20,390 nucleotides of DNA from the IMG/VR virus record IMGVR_UViG_3300003309_000010, positions 1 to 20,390 of that record; one strand, given 5' to 3'. This DNA comes from a virus. Below are positions 15,341 through 20,390 of the stretch, piece by piece. The position numbers and the translations under genes were made by a program. Under the pieces are notes generated by a model, which saw only the letters and a list, made by a program, of their open reading frames with translations, had not been told where the DNA came from and searched no databases. Position 1 is the first letter of the stretch; each line of letters begins with the position of its first letter.

Positions 15341-17095
15341 ATGTCTACACTATCACCAGAACACTATATCGAAGTTAACTACATGTTGTCTGTAGGTAAC
15401 AAACCTGAATCGATACACAAAATCGTTATGAAAAACGGAAGACTGTTAGCGGTTTATGCTAAGTCTAACATAAACACAGATACTTATATCTGGTTGAACC
15501 TGAAGGAGTTGCCTGAAGGTGTTAGACACGCGCTGGAAGTTTTCCCAGAAGCGGAAAACGCCAACCATCACTATTCCATGGATATATCCGGTAGCGACGG
15601 TAATCGTTTCTCTACTGAAGGTGACGACGAATATTTCGTTAGAGAGGCGTTGTCTCGGTCCGGTATCTCCTTGGAGTATGAGCAAGGTAAGCAAGCACTT
15701 TTATACTTAAACCCGGTGGTATGCGGTCACGGAATGGAAACTTCCGGAACGGAGATTCATACATCAAAGGCGATTAACGATGTTGTGGTGGTCGGTGATT
15801 ACGTCACCCATTTTCCTATTCTGCCTGGTGAGATAATCCCGCCAGAGCGGCTTTGTCAGTATTTAGCCGGTCTGCACACGACAGTTTACTATAAGTGGTT
15901 GGAGTGCAGACGTAACAGCCGAAGCTATGTTGATATCCCCTTCTCATCCAACAGATTTTTGAGAGCGGTGATATACGGTGAAGAAATTGTCGCTGCTATT
16001 GTCTATGACGCAGATAACATCGCTGTATGGTTAAACTACGCTAAATTACCTTGCGTGGACAAATTGGTACTTGAGACCCATGTTGCCGACAGAGGTTATG
16101 TTATGGCCAAGATGGGGTATGTTGACGGTAGAGTTAAACTCAATTCTCGTGAGTTGTTGACTGAGTATACTGATGGCGACTCGGTGTTGCAACGCGTGTT
16201 GAATCAGCTAGGTTGCATCGAGTTCGTCGGTAAACTCGGAGATGAAGGTGTACTCGTTATTTTCAATGACGTGATGGGGGATCCTTATGAACCTCACACT
16301 GAACCACAGAGTATAGCCAACATCCATTTATTGGCTAACATCGAAGGGGCTTCAGTTACACCGGTCTCAGAAGCGGAATCCAGCGGTTTCTTAAACCAAC
16401 TTGTTGGGTATATTAACGCGGACTTTATTGGGGGTGCGAGAGTATCGGATTTGTCTTACCAGTTTAATGCATTAAACATACTTGCATTAATTCAGTCTGG
16501 GTGGAACAAAGACATCAAAGCATTACCCTACAGAGAGTTGAGAATCACTTGTCAACATCAACGCACCATCAGTTTCTGGACAAAGGATGACGTTATTGTG
16601 TGCGCTAGGGTGCAAGGGGATAATCAGCGGATGTTATGGGTTAATGGTAAAATGTTAAAGGGTATCAAGTATCCTTCATCCTTTCCGGATTCAGTTTACC
16701 AAGACAAACCCTACTTCGCTTCTAAACATCCCGACTGTTTGGACACCGGGACAATCGAGGCAGACCACGGACCTTGGCAAGATACTTCGAAGCGTTGCCA
16801 TTCGTTACAAGGTGTGCTAGACTTTGCAGGGATAAAACTCATGAAAGAAGGAGAGGACATTGTTGGGATAAAGTCAGAAGATATTATCTTTATAGGGAAA
16901 TCGGGTATCTGGACACTCCCTCTAGACGCCCACGCCCCGATAGAGGATGTGACAACAGTCACTTCCCTTTTGAAGTTATTGCCCAGTATATTACTATTCC
17001 CGGCTCATGAGCGGGACATGATGGCTATTGCCAATGGATTTGTCGACGAGATGGACGAATTCGTTACCAAGGTAGTTGAAACCGATACCGTATAG
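15341..17095 (+). CDS. Hypothetical protein with three tandem family A domains (584 aa)
   Basis: GAGGA SD. Trp motifs YIWLN (15491), AVWLN (16028) and MLWVN (16637) are followed by VREALSRSGISL, LQRVLNQLGCIE and LQGVLDFAGIKL respectively. Confidence 0.88.
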   Translation: MSTLSPEHYIEVNYMLSVGNKPESIHKIVMKNGRLLAVYAKSNINTDTYIWLNLKELPEGVRHALEVFPEAENANHHYSMDISGSDGNRFSTEGDDEYFVREALSRSGISLEYEQGKQALLYLNPVVCGHGMETSGTEIHTSKAINDVVVVGDYVTHFPILPGEIIPPERLCQYLAGLHTTVYYKWLECRRNSRSYVDIPFSSNRFLRAVIYGEEIVAAIVYDADNIAVWLNYAKLPCVDKLVLETHVADRGYVMAKMGYVDGRVKLNSRELLTEYTDGDSVLQRVLNQLGCIEFVGKLGDEGVLVIFNDVMGDPYEPHTEPQSIANIHLLANIEGASVTPVSEAESSGFLNQLVGYINADFIGGARVSDLSYQFNALNILALIQSGWNKDIKALPYRELRITCQHQRTISFWTKDDVIVCARVQGDNQRMLWVNGKMLKGIKYPSSFPDSVYQDKPYFASKHPDCLDTGTIEADHGPWQDTSKRCHSLQGVLDFAGIKLMKEGEDIVGIKSEDIIFIGKSGIWTLPLDAHAPIEDVTTVTSLLKLLPSILLFPAHERDMMAIANGFVDEMDEFVTKVVETDTV

Positions 17096-17101
17096 TAAAT
17101 T

Positions 17102-17131
17102 AAAAAGAACGGACATGTCCGTTCTTTTTTT
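17102..17131. terminator. Bidirectional intrinsic terminator
   Basis: AAAAAGAACGGACATGTCCGTTCTTTTT is a 28-bp perfect palindrome (17102-17129), flanked by A5 and T7 tracts, 6 nt after the cassette's last stop codon. Confidence 0.85.
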
Positions 17132-17141
17132 GTTGAATTTT

Positions 17142-17145
17142 TATG
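17142..17145 (+). promoter_or_regulatory. Candidate phiKZ-type late promoter (TATG)
   Basis: ttttTATGaac lies between the terminator and the RNAP gene start (28 nt upstream). Its own ATG opens only 5 codons, so it is not the gene start. Confidence 0.45.
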
Positions 17146-17172
17146 AACTTACAAACTTAATCGAGATGCAGC

Positions 17173-20100
17173 ATGTACGAAAGTCTGACGCAATTTAGAA
17201 CAAAACACAAATTATCCAGTATTACCGAGCTGCCAGACACCACCACTTTCCAAGCTGGTATCCCTAGGGAACCCATATATCACTTCATGGATAGCCGGGA
17301 TACGTTAGGTCCCACCACGAGCGATATGTTCATCGCTGCCATTTTGGTGGAAGATGATAATGAGAAAATCTTCGTTAACCACATCACTGATATCCCCAAC
17401 CCAAGCGATAATTTAAAGAAGATAAGCGGTTCTGAACGTAGTGTTCCCGTTGAGTACCATAAACGGAATCGTAGGTTAAGCAGAGCGTTGAAGTTGGATA
17501 GAGCGTTAAGAGGGCGTGACCCGCTTGTCATCAACTATAACCCTATTTTCCACACCCATCGACGAGTCAGTGAACGAACCGAAGAACTCTACCCAGACAC
17601 GTTGTCTTACCTCGACACATTGAATCAGTCGATTAAACGTCTGGATACAAAGAGACTGCAATTTGTGGTGGTCAATTTACCCCAGATTATACCGCCAGAA
17701 GAAGAGCTGCGTAAACACATCGATAAGCAGACAGATACGTTACGTCGGTCATTGAAGACGTTTGAGTCCATCATGTTAGTCGAGCTGTTGAAAACCATGG
17801 TAGGTGAAGAAAAAACCTTGGATGGGTTATTTCAAGAGAACGTATATTTGACGTTGTACGATACAGGTTCCATTATCCACATCGATATGAACCAGTATCA
17901 AAAGATAACACAAAAAGTAGGCGATCAACAAAAGCTATCTTGGTGGTTAGATGTTATCACCAAACTCGTTGAATTAAGATCGGTTGAAACCGACGATGTG
18001 GAAGAGTCAGAAACGTACGCACAAAAGATCACCCAAGATGCGGAAAAAGAGGCCAAAGGGGATGTTAGAGACGAAACGACTCTTGCTTATGTGAGGCGTC
18101 TGGCTGCTAAAGGAACGGTCACGGAGAGAGAGTTAAAGCGTCATCTGGAACTTGCATCGTCCTATCGCAACATACCCACCCCCACCATCGGTGGAGAAAA
18201 CGGTAATGTGAAAACTGTTGCGGAGTTATTGGAGAAACAAGATAACACATCCATCGCTCTGAAGCCCGATACGCTACCTAAGTTTAAAGGGGTAGGTAGA
18301 TTTTCAGCCGACACCACCATTCGACGCATGGATGAGGATTACATCGCTAATCGATTCGAAGCCGATGTGATTGAGACGACACTGGCCTTCCAAAAAGGAC
18401 CGTTTGCAGTTACGAATATCACCAGAGAAGAAGTAAGGGACGCCGGAAACCACAACGTTGTCTACAAGATAGAGACAAAAGGAATAAAAGGCGGGAAAGG
18501 TAAATTTCCAATTGTCTTTCCTAAAATTGCCACAGACGGTACCTTCCAATCAGGAGGCGTCACGTATCGTATGGCCGCCCAACGTGCGTCGTTCCCTTTA
18601 ATCAAAACGGGTCCCAGCGAGGTGGTGTTGACATCGAGTATGTCTAAGCTTTTCTTGACCAGTGGTACAAAGAAGAAAAATGACTACTACAATTGGGTGG
18701 ATAAAAAGATAAAAGAAAAACGGCATGAAGGTGTTGTGACCGAACTCAAATTCGGCAACGACGTCACCAACGATCCCAACATAGACGTCCCTCCGATGTT
18801 GTCTTACCTAGGCAACAAGTATAAAGGGTTCACAGTCGGCACAGTGCAGTTCGACTTTACCGAAGAAACGGTCAAGCCGGAAGGTAAAGGTTGGATTTGC
18901 GGTATAGACGTCCAAGATAATAAAAAGCATACGGTTATCATGTTGCCTAATGGCCAACTCATGTGGTCGCAAGAGAACAGGTCCTCAACTGCGAAACCGT
19001 ATCTGTTAGGAAGCATTGAAGATCTCTTAGGATTGGACATTAGTAAAGCCCCTGTACCTTTTGCGGAATTAAAAGTTAAAGGGAAGCAGGTACCCATGGG
19101 TATCTTAATGGCCTATTGGAAAGGTTTCCGGAAAAGTCTCAAATATTTGGGTATTGAATACGACGTTATTTCAGCCACTGACAAGTCGCGTCAGTCAGGA
19201 TCATTTAACAAAAAATTCGTTCTGCATCTGGAAGATGTTAAGGTTATACTCAAACCTAACGGTGCCTTGCAAACGCTCTTTGCGGCAGGCTGGCAGGATT
19301 ACCATAGAGAGTTGAGGGAGTTAAAGTTTCGTGAACTGGATGTGCAGAAAAACTACAGTGTGTTGTTCACGCCTAAAGGTATCACGAAAAGCCACGAAAT
19401 CGAATTCGACTTAATGGAGGATTTCTGGATAGACCCGGTTACTGAAAAGCTGCTAAAATCCAGAGATTATCCTACAGAATTCTTCACACTATTCACCAGA
19501 GCGGTCGAGATGCTGGTAGATCGACAACATCACAACGAGAATAGCGGTGAGGTGTTCATTGAAAAACGGTACTCAAGAGTACTCGATGTGGTGTATGGTG
19601 AAATGGTGAGAGCCATGAGGGATTATCATCGTAATGGTCAGCCTTCTCGGAAGATATCAGCACCACAAGATGCAATTCTGACAAAGATACTCATGGATGA
19701 AAGTGTTTCTCCCGTCGAACAGGTCAATCCGCTGGGCGTAATAGGCGAACAAAACCGTATTGTGTATTCAGGTATCGGAGGACGGACTAATCGATCGTTG
19801 GTAGGCAGACACCGTGTATACGATAAAGGAGACAGAGGTAGAATATCTGAAGCGTTTACTGACGACGGAAAAGCTGGAACGGTTATGTACTATTCTGCGG
19901 CCCCCTCTATAGAAAACGTCTACGGGTTACCCGGTAAGAGCGACAACAACAACTTGGCCAACCAGTTGTCAATCACCATGTTGTTGAACCCGTTTGTCAT
20001 ATACGACGATCCTAAACGAGGCAACTATGCGCGTATTCAAGAGAACGCGTGGCGGTCAAACAATGGGCGCGTCGTTCCTCCTGTGGTGACAGGTCAAAGT

Positions 20101-20390
20101 GTGTTGATTGCCCACCAAGTCGGCGAATTGTACGCATTTGCTACAACCCAGGCGGGGAAAGTAACTGAAGTAAATGATGAAGCAATTGTTGTTGAATATG
20201 CAGATGGAACGACCAAAAGCTACGTGCTGGGCCTCATGTTTGGGACAGGTGCGGGTAAGGTATACCCTAGACGTTTAATCACGGACAGGGCCAAAGGTTA
20301 CAAGTTTGAGGCTCACGAAATACTCGCGTGGGACGATTACTTCTTTTACAGGGACAGGTACAATAAGACGCAAGTGAGCATGTATAACGG
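17173..20390 (+). CDS. Virion RNA polymerase beta-like subunit (phiKZ gp178-like), 3' end outside window
   Basis: ATG 17173 opens MYESLTQFRTKHKL, and the same frame is open at the window end (>=1072 aa). Beta-subunit motifs: FPKIATDGTFQSGGVTYRMAAQR, EQVNPLGVIGEQNRI, GGRTNRSLVGRHRVYDKGDRGRISEAFTDDGKAG, PFVIYDDPKRGNYARIQ and AGKVTEVNDEAIVVEYADG. A long phage-specific N-terminal extension is typical of gp178. Confidence 0.9.
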   Translation, partial: MYESLTQFRTKHKLSSITELPDTTTFQAGIPREPIYHFMDSRDTLGPTTSDMFIAAILVEDDNEKIFVNHITDIPNPSDNLKKISGSERSVPVEYHKRNRRLSRALKLDRALRGRDPLVINYNPIFHTHRRVSERTEELYPDTLSYLDTLNQSIKRLDTKRLQFVVVNLPQIIPPEEELRKHIDKQTDTLRRSLKTFESIMLVELLKTMVGEEKTLDGLFQENVYLTLYDTGSIIHIDMNQYQKITQKVGDQQKLSWWLDVITKLVELRSVETDDVEESETYAQKITQDAEKEAKGDVRDETTLAYVRRLAAKGTVTERELKRHLELASSYRNIPTPTIGGENGNVKTVAELLEKQDNTSIALKPDTLPKFKGVGRFSADTTIRRMDEDYIANRFEADVIETTLAFQKGPFAVTNITREEVRDAGNHNVVYKIETKGIKGGKGKFPIVFPKIATDGTFQSGGVTYRMAAQRASFPLIKTGPSEVVLTSSMSKLFLTSGTKKKNDYYNWVDKKIKEKRHEGVVTELKFGNDVTNDPNIDVPPMLSYLGNKYKGFTVGTVQFDFTEETVKPEGKGWICGIDVQDNKKHTVIMLPNGQLMWSQENRSSTAKPYLLGSIEDLLGLDISKAPVPFAELKVKGKQVPMGILMAYWKGFRKSLKYLGIEYDVISATDKSRQSGSFNKKFVLHLEDVKVILKPNGALQTLFAAGWQDYHRELRELKFRELDVQKNYSVLFTPKGITKSHEIEFDLMEDFWIDPVTEKLLKSRDYPTEFFTLFTRAVEMLVDRQHHNENSGEVFIEKRYSRVLDVVYGEMVRAMRDYHRNGQPSRKISAPQDAILTKILMDESVSPVEQVNPLGVIGEQNRIVYSGIGGRTNRSLVGRHRVYDKGDRGRISEAFTDDGKAGTVMYYSAAPSIENVYGLPGKSDNNNLANQLSITMLLNPFVIYDDPKRGNYARIQENAWRSNNGRVVPPVVTGQSVLIAHQVGELYAFATTQAGKVTEVNDEAIVVEYADGTTKSYVLGLMFGTGAGKVYPRRLITDRAKGYKFEAHEILAWDDYFFYRDRYNKTQVSMYN

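Noticed and set aside
2725-16994. Exact TATATTAC matches at 2725, 8150 and 16987
   Set aside because: All lie inside coding regions. The 2725 copy is antisense to the gp181-like gene, the other two lack the upstream T-tract, and the last points into a terminator. An AT-rich 8-mer can recur by chance.
17143-17168. ATGs at 17143 and 17166 as the RNAP gene start
   Set aside because: Both hit stops within 5 and 10 codons; the long frame starts at 17173.
17257-17273. GGTATCCCTAGGGAACC, another CCTAGG-centred inverted repeat in the RNAP gene
   Set aside because: Only 10 bp are perfect (TCCCTAGGGA), which is expected by chance in 20 kb.
5960-19097. Minus-strand and nested ORFs overlapping cassette genes and the RNAP gene (e.g. 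6724..7200, 10913..11308, 18804..19097)
   Set aside because: They overlap well-supported plus-strand genes and show no recognisable motifs.
1-20390. CRISPR arrays, tRNAs, introns/inteins, transposases
   Set aside because: I saw no spaced direct repeats, cloverleaf-like sequences, interrupted frames or mobile-element motifs; intergenic gaps are all under ~130 bp.

Overview
The window looks like part of a phiKZ-like (Chimalliviridae-type) jumbo phage genome. Two long core genes diverge and run off the window edges, so the ORF track misses both. On the - strand (<1..5562, >=1854 aa) is a phiKZ gp181-like large tail/lytic virion protein. On the + strand (17173..>20390, >=1072 aa) is the gp178-like beta subunit of the virion RNA polymerase. 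Between them lies an 11.4-kb, 15-gene, all-plus-strand accessory cassette, preceded by a phiKZ-type early-promoter-like motif and closed by a bidirectional terminator. The cassette carries at least 8 copies, in 6 genes, of a ~180-200 aa domain I do not recognise, including a three-repeat protein. It also has two paralogous Cys-type leucine-rich-repeat proteins, a cpYpsA/SLOG protein, a NADAR protein, and a protein ending in an SspB-like ClpX-tethering motif. I read it as a candidate early host-takeover/anti-defence island built by duplication. All family calls are motif recognition by eye; no searches were run.
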